A stretch of 63,980 nt of DNA, the filler included, from Fonticula-like sp. SCN 57-25 (taxonomy: Eukaryota), in the NCBI GenBank assembly GCA_001724245.1. It is 4 parts of 4 records of this genome, joined end to end, with 100 filler letters (N's around TTAATTAATTAA, not from the genome) between each part and the next. Parts side by side here need not be neighbours in the genome. Positions count along the whole stretch, not along the records: positions 1 to 16,095 come from MEDX01000128.1; 3 more parts are not named here. One strand, given 5' to 3'. The notes beneath the pieces were generated by a model, which had not been told where the DNA came from, made no database searches, and saw nothing but the letters and a program-made list of their open reading frames with translations. Below are positions 1-13,650 of this stretch, one piece after another (positions within the stretch are counted from its first letter, which is position 1; every line of letters begins with the position of its first letter). Both the position numbers and the translations under genes were made by a program.

Positions 1-1548
<1,548 letters not shown>

Positions 1549-1844
1549 AGAAAGAACCCTAATAGATACAAGCAACTCGCGTTGCAAACCCTCTTGTGTT
1601 TACAAGCGTATTGTTAAGCCCAGCCCGTGCGCAGCAAAGCCTATCCCTTGCAGCACCGGCGCTCGGTGCAGGTCGCCGATCGGTCGCCTCACGCACACGC
1701 ACTTTTGGTGCGAACTGACCGGACTTTGCAGTGTTTGAAACTTTACCGAATTTTCGGTAACGATACCAAGATTACGGCGTTGTTTCGTACGTCATTTTGC
1801 CTCTTTGTGCGGATCGACTGTGAGCAGCAGCGGCAGCGCGAGAG

Positions 1845-2750
1845 ATGGCGGACCGGTACAGCTTTTCGCTGACGACTTTCAGTCCGTCTGGCAAGCTCGT
1901 TCAGATTGAGTATGCGCTCAATGCCGTTAACCAGGGCTTCACGTCCGTGGGCATCAAGGGTGCGCCTCTTTTCCCTTGCTTTCTTGGAGGAAAGGCATCG
2001 GTGGCTCACGCTTGGCTGTGCCCCTCTTCCTTTTGATCAAATAGCCACGAACGGCATTGTCATTGCGACGGAGAAGAAGTTTTCGTCTTCTCTCGTTGAC
2101 GACCGGACATTAGAAAAGGTGCGCCTGAATGGCCCGCGCCTGTGCCAATCTGATGTTGACGCTCGCGCGCGCAGGTGTCGGTGGTGTGCAAGAATCTCGG
2201 CGTCGTCTTTTCCGGGATGGGACCGGACGCTCGTCTGCTTGTGCGCAAGGCGCGCAAGTCGGCGCAGGCCTACAAGCGCGTCTACAACGAATACCCCCCG
2301 GCCTCGCACCTCGTGCGCGAGATCGCGTCCGTGATGCAGGAGTACACTCAGTCTGGGTACGCTCGCGTGCATGATTCCGCCGTGCGCCGTGTCTAACAAT
2401 TGACTGTGTTTAGCGGTGTCCGTCCCTTTGGCGTGTCGCTATTGCTTGCCGGCTACGACCACGATGGGCCGGCTCTCTACCAGATCGACCCCTCGGGCGC
2501 GTACTTTGCCTGGAAGGCGACGTGCCTCGGCAAGAACACAGTCAACGGCAAAGCCTTCCTGGAGAAGCGCTACAACGAGGAGATGGAACTGGAGGACGCT
2601 GTGCACACCGCCATTCTCACGCTCAAGGAGGGCTTTGAGGGCAAGATGACCGAGCACAACATTGAGATCGGCATCATCGGAGGAAGCGACAAGGACAACT
2701 TCCGCGTCCTCTCACCCGCCGAGGTGCACGACTACCTCGCTAATATTTAA
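1845..2750 (+). CDS. PSMA2: 20S proteasome subunit alpha-2
   Basis: [57 protein letters not shown]. Three short GT-AG introns. Confidence 0.97.
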
Positions 2751-3044
2751 GAAGCCCCGGCTGTAGGCGCTTTCGCGAGTGCCGCCTGGCTACACTCTTA
2801 TCCTATTTTCGTCTCCATTGTCAAAACGCCTGTACCTTGTTTAATGTAAAAGCCGTAAAAAGTATTAATGCCGCATCGCAAACTTTAAACAGTATATAAA
2901 GCGCTGGTAAACAGTAATGTGAGCCCCGGCTGCGTTGCTCTGCCTTTCTCTAGCTTTCTTTTTTGAGTGTCCGCCCCAATAACTGCACAAAGCCGGCATG
3001 CGATCGCCGACACCACGCCAATCATCCACGTGGCCAGCATCGCG

Positions 3045-4075
3045 ATGTCGGCGGCCGGTCCCTCGAGCAAGAAGCTGCGGGCCGAAGGCGGCAAGGCGGT
3101 GCCTCAGCCTGCAAAGGCGGCGAGCCGGGCGGCGGCCAAGACGGTGTTCAAGGTCGCTCTGGATTCCCCGTTTGCTGTCCAATGGCCAAAGCTAGAGTCT
3201 GCCGCGCAGGATCGCGTCATGGACCTGCTTCGCGCGCAGTTTGGCGAGATTGGCGAGCAGCGCCTGCAGCGTCAGGTAGAGATCTCGCGCGCGTGGCTTG
3301 TGAACAAGCGCGGTAATACAAAGTGGAAGGCGGCTGGTGATGCGGCGGAAGGCGAAGGTGCGGACTTGACGAAGCAGGCGCCGCCCAAGCAGATCCCGCT
3401 GCCAAAGGGCGTGGTGACCGGGTACAATGCTGCATCGCGCGCATGCGAGCAGAAGCGCGTGCGCATGCTGGTACGCATAGCTTCATATCACCTTATGCTG
3501 AGTAATACTAATCTGCGCTGCTAGTTTGTGTGCCGCGACCTTCAGCCGGCCGTGTTCTGCCAACACTTTCCGCTACTCGCACACCACAGCAGCGCGCTCC
3601 TCGTCCCGCTCAGCAACGCATCCGCCAGCCTCGGTCTCCTCTTTGGAATCCCCCGCCTTGCTGTATTCGCCATTGAGGTACGCTCAGCTGCGCTATAGTT
3701 CCCGTGCTGATGGCCTGCGCAGAAGGACACGCCGCAGTTTGATTCCCTCGTTGGCGCCATCTCGCCGGTGCGTTCGCCCGCTCGCTCCCTGACGCCCCAC
3801 ACTGACTATGCGCATTACAGCTCGTGTCGCCTGTCGTGCTTGACTGGCTGCCGACGGACGACCCACAAAAGCCGGCGCTGGTGAACATGAGGTACAAGCA
3901 GATCCCGCTCAAGAAGGATGCCAAGCAGGAGGCAAAGCAGGAGGTAAAGGAGAAGCCAAAGACGTACCCGAAGCCGCAGGCGCTGCCCAAGCCGAACAAG
4001 TCGACGGGCAAGCCGAGCGAGGCCGCGGTGTCTACGCAGGCGAGCAAGAAGAAGGTGCAAACGAAGCGGCCATAG
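3045..4075 (+). CDS. RNase P/MRP subunit POP3/RPP38-like (L7Ae-fold) protein
   Basis: FKVALDSPFAVQWP N-terminal motif; VVTGYNAASRACEQ..FVCRDLQPAVFCQHFPLL..SLGLLFGIPRLAVFAI after splicing three introns; basic tail. Confidence 0.6.
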
Positions 4076-4229
4076 CGACCCGAAATCCCATTTTTAGTGT
4101 ACATATTTGTTCAGGTGTGTATAGCGTCCAAATATACTGATGCGGCAAATAATAATACAAGCAGATAAATATGATACAACAAAAGCTAAAATATGTACAA
4201 AAGAAACGTCGCAATAAATAAAGGCAATG

Positions 4230-5441
4230 TCAACGTTTACTTGACGTGGCGTCGTCCAAAACGTCCCAAAAAATCGCATTCGTCACCGCATCGACGACGG
4301 ACTCTGGCCGAGCTCCAGTGGCAAACAGCTGGTCAAACATCTTTGAAGTGCGCGGGTCCGGCAGCTCCGGGTACGACACGCTCACCAGCGGCGAGATGAC
4401 GAGCTCGTCTTCCTCCATCTCTGTCCAGCTCGCCAGCATCGCCCGCGTCGTGTCGAGCAGCGCTTCAACCTCTGCCAGCATTGGATGCGGCGGCGGCACC
4501 GATGAAATGTGCGGCGCAACAACTGCGGCTGTCTGGCTCGACTGAGTCGCAGTGTCCGATTCGGCCACGTGGGACTGCTTTGGCTGCGGCTGGGAGTGCG
4601 AAGTGGTCGGCGATGGCTGTGTGGGCGGCTGTTCGAGCGGCGTCGGAGCAGATGAATAGCAAGACGCCGGTCGCTCGGCGGCGGAATAATTCGTCGGCGC
4701 GGTCGGCAAGCTGCACTCGTTCGCAGCACTCGAGCCATGTTGTACTGAAGGTGCCGGCTGAGGGGGATATCCATGTTGTACTGACGACGGCGCTTGTGAT
4801 GGTTGAGAAGCATAGTCGTACTGCGGTGCGGGTACTGAAAAAGGCGCTTGTGACGGCTGATTACTCGGCGCGGCGGGTGATTGGCTGGGCGATGCGTGAT
4901 GCGCATCGACAGACGCCCAGCCTTGGGCCTTGTGCTGCGCATCACCCGCTACGTGCGCTTCTATTGATTCGCCACGCGCAAGAGAGCTTAGCGTCACGCT
5001 TGAGGGCACATGAAATGACGCGTCACTGCCTGGGGACCTCCGCGATGTGTCGGTGCGCTGCTGAAGGCGCTGCAGCTGGAGCGCCACATCGTCGAGCGTG
5101 CTGTTAACCTCGCTCAGGACGACGTTAAGCGGCTTCCCAGAAGAGTTAGAAGAATATAGCAATGCAGAGTCAGTTGTAGAGGTGTTGAAAGTAGCCGCGT
5201 CGTCGATGCGCGTGTCCTTTGCGATCGGCCGCGGCGGGCTGCGACGCCGCCCTTCACCAAAGCTCTCCAGCGGGCTTGCAATCATGGATGGCCACGGAGC
5301 ATCGTCGTCCTCGATATTAAAGAGCGACTGTCTTTTGCCCTCGCTAAGCCGCTTCTCAATAAGTTTCTTGGCCAGCTCGAGCTTTTCATTGACCGACAGC
5401 GGGCCTCGCCGCGCCGGCCACACCAGCGGCTCCCGCATCAT
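4230..5441 (-). CDS. hypothetical protein, S/P/Q-rich middle region
   Basis: 403-aa ORF with ATG, AT-rich flanks, CCAAT-type boxes upstream. No family recognised. Confidence 0.6.
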   Translation of the reverse strand: MMREPLVWPARRGPLSVNEKLELAKKLIEKRLSEGKRQSLFNIEDDDAPWPSMIASPLESFGEGRRRSPPRPIAKDTRIDDAATFNTSTTDSALLYSSNSSGKPLNVVLSEVNSTLDDVALQLQRLQQRTDTSRRSPGSDASFHVPSSVTLSSLARGESIEAHVAGDAQHKAQGWASVDAHHASPSQSPAAPSNQPSQAPFSVPAPQYDYASQPSQAPSSVQHGYPPQPAPSVQHGSSAANECSLPTAPTNYSAAERPASCYSSAPTPLEQPPTQPSPTTSHSQPQPKQSHVAESDTATQSSQTAAVVAPHISSVPPPHPMLAEVEALLDTTRAMLASWTEMEEDELVISPLVSVSYPELPDPRTSKMFDQLFATGARPESVVDAVTNAIFWDVLDDATSSKR

Positions 5442-5492
5442 GATGTTGATGATTGCTCACTGGAGGGGCAGCCGTAACGGTCGCGATCAGGC

Positions 5493-5520
5493 CCAATCAG
5501 ACCAAATCAGATCCAATCAG
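5493..5520. promoter_or_regulatory. CCAAT-box (CCAATCAG) cluster
   Basis: CCAATCAG, CAAATCAG, CCAATCAG in tandem. CCAATCA/TGATTGG recurs in intergenic DNA near 9606, 34767, 35063, 39709, 46349, 46378 and 53418. Confidence 0.5.
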
Positions 5521-5662
5521 AAGATACACCAAGCCTTGTTTTATGGGCTGCTCGCGGACGTATAAAATAATGTTATGGACAAAGGCAGCTCACGCATACA
5601 ATAAAGGATTATATTGAAACGATTATCACAATACAGTGTCAAAGGAAAACAATTTTAAGAAA

Positions 5663-7444
5663 CTAGGCGCGCATGCGGTCCGAGTACTTTGCATACAATC
5701 TTGAGCGAATCTGGACGGCGAGCGTCTTCTTCTTCACCGCCAGCTTCTTCTCGGCGTACTTCCTCTCGTGGTAGCGCTCGAGCATCTGCGCCGCGCTGCG
5801 GTGGTTCCTGTCAATAGCCGCAAGCTCGACCTGGTACTGCTCGTCGCAGAGGCGGCACGCCTCCTTGATGGCGCCGAGGATGACCTCCTCGAGGCGCGCA
5901 TCCATCGACGCGCGCCACTCGCGCTCCTCTGTCCGCTCAACATTCTGCGCCTCATAGTACTTGCTGATCTCGATCATGAGCGCCGCCATCTCGGCGGCCT
6001 CTGCCTCGGCGGCGGCCTGGCGCATGCGAACAGCGTCGGCATGCACCTCGCGCTCGACGGCGCGAGCCGATGCGTGCTGCGCGTCGGCAAGCGCGCGGAG
6101 ACGCATCTCGGCCGTGGGCAGCGCCGGCGACGCGCTCGCACCGATCGCGTCCTCGGCGGCGCCCTGCGGTGAGCTGGCGCTCGCCGTCGGCGCGGCGATG
6201 TTTGCCTGGGCGTCGGCGGGCTTTTCCGCGGCGGCGGCGGTCTTGGCGGCGTGCTCGGCGGCGCGCTGGTCGCGACGCTCAATCTTCTCGCGCAGCTGGC
6301 GCGCCTCGTCCTTGCGGCGGCGAACGCTCACCTCGGGCGCGCTCGTCGGGCGCATGTCGACGACGACCGGCGCCATGCCAGTGAGGCGCTTGTCGGCGAA
6401 CACGTGCAGGTAACGGTCGGGCTCAGAGTTGGACAGCGGTTCGGCGGCCTTGTCGCGCAGGACGGCGAGGCTCGACTGGCGCTTCACTGAAGTACCCTTC
6501 TTGCCGGGCGGGAGACGCAGACCGGCGCGCTCCTTGGCAGGCTCGTCGTTGTCAGAGTCAGACTCGGACGACGAAGAGGAAGACGAAGATTCGGCGGCAA
6601 AGGCGACGCGCGTGCGCTCCACGGCATCCACGACAGCCTCGACGGCCTCCACGACGGGGCTCACAACGCTCTCCTCCTCCTCGGCGGCGGCAGCAGGCTC
6701 TTCAACCTCCTCAGCGGCAGCAGGCTCCTCGACCTCCTCAGCGGCAGCAGGCTCCTCGACCTCCTCGACGGGCTCGGAAGTCTCCTTGGCCACGTCGTCC
6801 TGCTCGTCGGGAGCTTCTACGGGAGAAGCGTCCACCTGCTCATCGTGGGCGGCATCACGGGCAACCTCTTCTTCAACAGCCTCAGGCTCAACAGCAGACT
6901 CGAGCTCAGCCTCGGGCTCAGCCTCAACCTCAGGCTCAGCCTCAGGCTCGACAGCAGACTCGGGCTCGGCCTCAGGCTCGGCATCGGCCTCCGCGTCCGC
7001 CTCAGGCTCGACAGCGGATTCCGGCTCAGACTCCGGCTCGACAGCAGACTCCGGCTCGACAGCAGTGTCGAGCTCAGCCTCAGCATCAGCATCAGCCTCC
7101 GGCTCGGGCTCAGCATCAGCCTCGGGCTCGGGCTCAGCATCGGCCTCAGGCTCGATGGCAGACTCCAGCTCGGCATCGACCTCGGGCTCTACCTCGGCCT
7201 CAGGCTCGGCCTCAGGCTCATCAGCAGATTCCGGCTCCGCCTCGGGCTCAGCCTCAGGCTCGGCCTCAGGCTTGACGGCGGACTCGGGCTCCGGCTCGTC
7301 GTCGTCAACATGGGTCGCGGCGACCGCGACATCGATGACCGAGCCTGCGTCCGAACCGTCGTCGTCGACAGGAGACACCTCCTCCTGGTCGACGTAATCC
7401 TCGGCATCCGTGGGGGTGAAGGCTTCGACGTTGTCCTCGTCCAT
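5663..7444 (-). CDS. acidic E/P/A-repeat protein with C-terminal coiled-coil-like region
   Basis: Long uninterrupted ORF, first ATG at 7444 (MDEDNVEAF), EPEAE/EPESAV repeats. Confidence 0.7.
   Translation of the reverse strand: MDEDNVEAFTPTDAEDYVDQEEVSPVDDDGSDAGSVIDVAVAATHVDDDEPEPESAVKPEAEPEAEPEAEPESADEPEAEPEAEVEPEVDAELESAIEPEADAEPEPEADAEPEPEADADAEAELDTAVEPESAVEPESEPESAVEPEADAEADAEPEAEPESAVEPEAEPEVEAEPEAELESAVEPEAVEEEVARDAAHDEQVDASPVEAPDEQDDVAKETSEPVEEVEEPAAAEEVEEPAAAEEVEEPAAAAEEEESVVSPVVEAVEAVVDAVERTRVAFAAESSSSSSSSESDSDNDEPAKERAGLRLPPGKKGTSVKRQSSLAVLRDKAAEPLSNSEPDRYLHVFADKRLTGMAPVVVDMRPTSAPEVSVRRRKDEARQLREKIERRDQRAAEHAAKTAAAAEKPADAQANIAAPTASASSPQGAAEDAIGASASPALPTAEMRLRALADAQHASARAVEREVHADAVRMRQAAAEAEAAEMAALMIEISKYYEAQNVERTEEREWRASMDARLEEVILGAIKEACRLCDEQYQVELAAIDRNHRSAAQMLERYHERKYAEKKLAVKKKTLAVQIRSRLYAKYSDRMRA
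6880..7295 (-). repeat. coding tandem repeat (GAGCCTGAGGCC-type units encoding EPEA/EPESAV)
   Basis: Repeated ctcaggctc/ctcgggctc/acagcagact units on the + strand. Confidence 0.85.
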
Positions 7445-7869
7445 CACTGCTGCGGCCCTTTTAATCCTCGGGGCAGAACCCTTTGACCGCTTTGTTGGGA
7501 CAGGAACACAAAGTGAGATTCGGGAATGTGCGCAGTCATCCTTTTCATTTTTGAGGAGTAAAAAAGGGAGAAAACACGAAAATGCGCAGAAATCAAGGGG
7601 AAACACGCCTTCGTAGCATATAATGCATGAAGCGGACGCATAATGGACTACATATGTGTACTTTCACTTTGTAGCATCGTTCATTTGATATTGACTTGAA
7701 GGCAAAGGATACATTGATGGTAAACCGACACTATGGTGGGCAGGAGGATGATAAAACACGGTAAAAACGCAGAGAAATGAATACAAAAAAGCGCAAAAAC
7801 AAAAACACAACTCATTGTACAATAGGGCAAGTGCGCATGGTGTACAAACATCTGGTAGGGCCTCTGGCG

Positions 7870-9432
7870 CTACTCGTTGTAATCCCCCTTTGTAATATCG
7901 ATGCGCGTCTCGTCCCATCCGTACTGGTTGGGCGAGAGCACGATGATCTCCTTTTGCGGGAACGCGATGCTGCAAAACTTGTCGCCCGGGATACCCTTAA
8001 AGTACCCGTAGAGCACCTGCAGCGTCGTGAGGTGCGAAACAATGAGCACGTCCTGCGTCAGCCGCTCGATCTCGACGACCATGTCGTCCAGCCGGCGGAC
8101 AACATCCTCAAAGCTCTCGCCGCCGGGGATGCGGTACTTGAACGGGTCCTGCATAAACTCTTGCAGGATCTTTGGGTTCTCGTGGCAGATGCGGTAGAAC
8201 GTCATCTCGTCGAGCATGCCCGTGTCGAGCATGTTGAGCGCGGGCCACGCGGCCGTGCCGACCGACGGGATGTCGGCCGCCGTCTGGATGGCGCGCTGGG
8301 CTGTGCTCGTGTACACGACCAGGCGCTCCTGCGGGTTGGCGATCTCGCGCTCGACAAAGGTCTTGAGGTTGCGCGAAAAGGCGCGGCCTTTCTTGTCGAG
8401 CGGCTTGGTCTTCATGCCGTCGTGCGACTCGACCTTGCCAAAGTCGCGCTCGTTGTTGCCGTTCAGGGTAAGGCAGCCGGACTTGGAGCTCTCAAGCTGG
8501 TTCGCAATGATGAATTCGTTAAAGTCGCTCATGCCTTCGGTGTTGCCGCAGCGGGCAAGGATGACTTTGCGCTTGACAATGTTGAGGCCCATGAGAAAGT
8601 TGGCGATAGAGTGGCCGAGACGGCCGTAGACGCGGTTCGCAATCATCTTGGACTGGAGGTTGATCAGCTTGATGTAGCTCTTGGTGTCGTCGGCGATCGG
8701 CTCATAGACACGCTCATAGTTGGCAATGCGCATGCGAAGATCGCGGATCGCATCTTCGGGGGGCATAGACCTAAAGGGCGGCAATGGCGTTGGTAAACGA
8801 AAGCAACAGAAAGAGATGCGCACCGGTAGTCGGGCGAGTTGGCGATCTTTTGCATAAAGTTGGACTCTAGCACATTGGGATCATCGCAGATGCTCTCGAT
8901 GAAAAGCACGGTGAGGTTTGGCGAATAGTCCTTTATGCGGGCGAGGAGCGCGTCGCGGCGCGCGCGCGTCGTATTGGTGGCATCAAAGATGGCCAGGTCG
9001 CCGTCTGCCGCTGCTACCCCTGAGCGTCAGCATGACCCAAAGTGCAGCGCGCCGACGTACTCAGCCAGGCAAGGAGGTCGTCGAGGACCGACATTGCTAT
9101 CTGCTCGCGAATACCCTTTGCGCTCGCATTCCCTGCGTCGAAAAAGTCGGACGTCTGCGCCGACTGGATGGCCGTCTGGCGGCGCTGATTGCCGACATTG
9201 AAGGAGCGCGCGCGCAGACCGAGCCACTTTAGGTAAAACTCCATCTTTTTAGAAATGTATGACTGTGTCGCGAGGAATGTAAGCAAGGACAGGTGGAATG
9301 CGAGGGAAGGAGAATACGTCTGCGCACCTTTCCCCGCGCAGGCAACCCTACCATAATCAGCACAAACTTGTTCTGGTCGGCGCATACTCGCCGTTGGATA
9401 TAGTCCGGGTCAAACAACCTGTAGAGCGACAT
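7870..9432 (-). CDS. PFKFB: 6-phosphofructo-2-kinase/fructose-2,6-bisphosphatase family protein
   Basis: IMVGLPARGK(S), FNVGNQRR, AIFDATNTT, LFIESICDDP, YRIPGGESFEDVVRRL. Four introns. Confidence 0.93.
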
Positions 9433-9907
9433 GGCTGCAACTCCTACTCCCGTGTCCCTCCCAAACGAGTGCTACGGCGACTGCCCTGCGTAGCACGCAA
9501 CTCTTTGCACTTCCCCTACGGGCGCTCGACGGTCGGCTCGGCGGATCGTCACCCAAACAACAATGTCGTGTGACAGCAGTGCCACAGCGCGGGAAATGTT
9601 ATGGACCAATCAGAGTGGCCGGCAGGGGTTGTAAGTTTGGGCGACGCGCTTTAGGGAGTGGCTCGGCAGCTATGCTCCTCGCGCCGTGACGTATGGCTCA
9701 GGAGGCGGCAGGCTGAAAAAAGAATACGACACGCGGAGCTTAATAACAATGTGAATACGTTTTGCCGCCAGGACTTCGCTCCTTGTGTGTGAGGCGGAGC
9801 AGGCAGGGCGGCGACCACAGTCAGGAATAAAAGGTTATTCTGGATCGCTGCAGGGGACTCGTACTGATCGCCCGCTTGCTCTCTGGCTCCTTGTACCGCG
9901 CGTCGCC

Positions 9908-12900
9908 ATGAACGTGCGACGTTTACTATCGTCGCCGCAGACGAAGCGGTTGATACTGCTTGGGCTCGTCTTTGCCGCCTTCATCTTTACCTTTAGCTCG
10001 GACGAATGCGGCCTTTTGGGATCGTGCCCTGCCGGCGCGGCCCAGATCGGCGGCCTGGTGCGCCGCCCTTTGCGCGCATAGCGCCTCATTAACGCCCACT
10101 GTTAACCTTGTTTTTGCGCTGTATAGCGGAGGTCGACGCGGTCCCCGCACGCCGCGTCCGTCCGGCTGACCAATGGCGCGCTGCCGCACCGGTCGCAGCT
10201 GACGATCTGGACCATTCTGCGCGACTTTTCGACGACCGACCCGTTCTCCCATGAAGAGTCTTTTGGGTCGCAGATGGAGTGGCTCGAGGCGCTGCACACA
10301 TTCAACGCCATCAATTCGTGGGTGCGCCTGCCCGACGTGGAGGTCATCCTCTTTGGCAGCGAGACGGCCTGCGCGTTCGTCGCCAGCGTACGGCTTTTGT
10401 AACGAGCGCTGGCCGGCCCTGATTAACCATTTGACTTTTAGTTTGTCGACTCTGCCCGCGTGTCATGCGAGCCAATTCCCTGCGTTAACGAAGAGTATCA
10501 GGTACGTCGCGTATTAAATAACCATGATTCATCCTAATCGACCGACCGCAGACGCCCCAGTATGACTGCCTCTTCGCCAAGGCGGCAATGCTCGCGCAGT
10601 CCGAGTTCCTGATGTACTCCAACAGCGACATGGTCTACTTTGACGACCTCTTGTGGGCAGCGCAGACCGTCGCAAACAGCCACGAGGACTTTCTCCTCGT
10701 CGGCAAGCGTACCGACGTCGACTTTCCCCGCCGCATCGACTTTACCGACCCCGACTGGGTCATGGACCTGCGCAATTTTGTACGTGTTGGCAACTATAAT
10801 GCCCGGCCACTGACTTGATTTCTTTTAGGCCCGCCAGTATGGCAAGCCGCATGGCAAGTACGGCATCGACTACTTTTTGTACCGCACGGCGCTTGCCCGC
10901 AAGATGCCGCCGTTCCTCGTCGGCCGCATTCGTTGGGACAACTGGCTGCTTGCGCAGTACATTGGCGACCAGAACGCCGTTGCGGTGGACACTTCCGAGG
11001 TTGTCTTTGCCGTCCACCTGAACCACATGCGCGCCGGCGGCAGCCACGAGCGCCCCGGCACCGAGTACAACATCAACCTGACCAAGAGCGAGCCCGTTGA
11101 CCCGAAAAAGATTGGCGACGTTGACTCGGCGGACTTTGTGCTTCGGCCGACGAGCCCCGACGAGCCGTACTGCCCCGACTGCCAGTTTGTGCACAATGAG
11201 CAGTCGCTAGATGTGATGCTCTACAAGCACGCGAGCAAGACGACGCGCTCGGTCGTCGTCGCCACGGTGAACGCGGGCTACATTGACTTTGCGATGAACT
11301 GGCAGTGCTCGCTGCGCCGCGTCGGCATCACAAACTACATCTTTCACGCGACGGACCGCATCATCTTTGAGCGCCTGCAGGAGCTCGGGCAGCCTGTCCT
11401 CTACTACGAGTCGGCGACCACGCTCGACTACAAGAATGCGCTCGCGCAGCAGGAGGCGAGCGGCGCCGCGCGCGCGGAAGGCGACCCGCTCGACTATGGC
11501 TCGGTTGCCTACCAGGGCCTCATGAACACGCGCACCGAGCTCATTTACAAGATCCTCCAAAAGGGCTACAATGTGCTGCTCTGCGACGTGGACATTGTCT
11601 TTCTACGCGACCCCTTCCCGTACTTTAACACGTCGCTCGACATCCAGGGCGGCGCCCACAAGCAGACCAAGCTCACGGGCGGCTACGTGTACTTCCGCGC
11701 CACCGACGCCGCGCGCAGCATCTGGGTCAAGGTGCTCCTCCAGCACCGCGAGCTGTTCAAGCAGATCCAGACCATGGAGACGTTCAACCCGCATAGCATG
11801 ACGGAGCAAGAGCTCTTGAACGCGCACCTGCTCAAGGCAAAGCCGGGAGAGGTCGCATGGGGGACAGTCGACGAGCGCGTCATCGCAGACGGAAAGCGGT
11901 ACGAAAAAAGTACTAAATTGACATTTCTGCTTACTTTGCTGCTTGTTTTTTGATAGATTCTTCATTGACCATCTGACGCAAAAGAATGGCGAGTGGCCCG
12001 CTGCCATCCACAACAACTACATTATTGGCGCCGACAACAAGCGCGAGCGCTTCCAAAACACTTCCCTTTGGTTTGTGCGCGACGACCTGTCGTGCCGCCC
12101 CTTCCCCGGCTACCAGCACCCTCCCCCCACCGGCGCCTTTTCGCTCAAGATTGTCGTCCTGGCGTTCAACCGCCCCAAGGCGCTGCTCCGCCTGCTCGAG
12201 TCGCTCACGGCGGCAGACTACCACGGCGACCGCGTGGCGCTCGAAATCTTTGTCGACTTTCCCGACGCCGACAGCGCCAAGGAGGACCCGGACCTCGCGA
12301 TGAACCGCTCAAAGGTCGTGAAAATGTCGGAAATGTTTGTGTGGGCGCACGGGCGCAAGGTTGTCCAGGAGCGCAAGCAGGTATGGAATTAATTGTGACG
12401 TGCGCATGTGATATCTAATGATATATTTTGCAGCATCTGGGCCTGGCGCAGCAGTGGCTCTCGTCGTGGTTCCCAAAGAGCGACTCTGAGCTGTGCATCT
12501 TCCTCGAGGACGACAACATTGTATCGCCGCACTACTACACGTACGCCTTTTATCGTTCTTCTCCTCCTTTTCTGACCCCTTTTTCCTTCTAGTTGGCTCA
12601 AGGCGGCCGCCGGCCACTACTACTTTAACCGCGACAACTATGACCCGCGCATGTTTGGCCTCTCGATGCAGATGCAGCACATGATCCCCGGCCGGTACCC
12701 CACCAAGCCGAGCGAGCTGCTCCCCCCCGGCACGCACTTTTACAAGTACCAGCTGCTGTCCACATGGGGCCCCGTGTTCTTCCCGAACCACTGGGGCGAG
12801 TTCCTCACGTGGTTCGCTGACCGGTCTGCCGACCCGGCCTTTATGCCGCTCTTCTCCAACATGATCACCAACACGTGGTTCCTGCAGCGCGGCGGCGGGC

Positions 12901-13199
12901 GCAGCGTGTGGTCCGCGTGGTTCATGCGGTTCGCCGCCGAGCGCGGGTACTACAACTTTTACACCCAGTTTGACGACCAGCGCGCGCTCATCGTCAACTA
13001 CCGCGACAAGGGCGTCAACTACAAGGAGGACAAGGGGCCAAACTCGGAGATGGCCACGGAGCTGCTGCCGCAAATGGTCGACTTTCCGCCGTCCGAGTCG
13101 CTCCCGATATACGACTTTCACTTTAACAAGATTGATGATCCCGTCATCCTCGAGGACCGCGCCGTCTACACTGACATTTTCAACATTCAAACGCAGTGA
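9908..13199 (+). CDS. type II membrane multi-domain glycosyltransferase (GT-A-like + GT77/Nucleotid_trans + second GT-A-like domain)
   Basis: N-terminal TM (LILLGLVFAAFIFTF). Domain 1 NAINSWVRLP..YSNSDMVYF..FLVGRIRWDNW. Domain 2 VNAGYIDFAMNW..GYNVLLCDVDIVFLRDP..EQELLN. Domain 3 FNRPKALLRLLESL..ADYHGD..IFLEDD. About 7 introns. Confidence 0.8.
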
Positions 13200-13650
13200 G
13201 GGACAGGCGATAATATGGCTCGAGGGCGATTTCTGCAGGCCAGCGCGCACTTTTGTGGATATCTACCCACTTTATTGCATTATGCATCAAACATTTCTCG
13301 CTACTGTTTCACAGATTGACAAAGGAATAAAAACGAAAGTAAAAAGCATTTCGGGTGAGCATAAAGAAGTTTTACTTTGGAAAACACTCTAAATTGAAAC
13401 TAAGATGCTATGCTTCATCGTGTGCAAGGTCCAGATCAAGAAAAGTGTATTGAAAGGGTACACAGGATTACAAGGGAAAGGTCAGGAAAACGCCCCGACA
13501 TCCATCCACGTGGACTGTCCAATCGACTGTGCACACCCCCGCCTCAAATATCTCTCACTATTCGCACATCTCTTAAGCGTTACCAGCGTTCAAGCAGCTT
13601 AAATGTAGGTGACAAGTGCCTTAGGACAATCCCTCTAAGAAACAAAAGCG

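Noticed and set aside
6429-7486. Long S/G-rich and L/R-rich ORFs on the + strand
   Set aside because: These are antisense shadows of the coding repeat on the minus strand.
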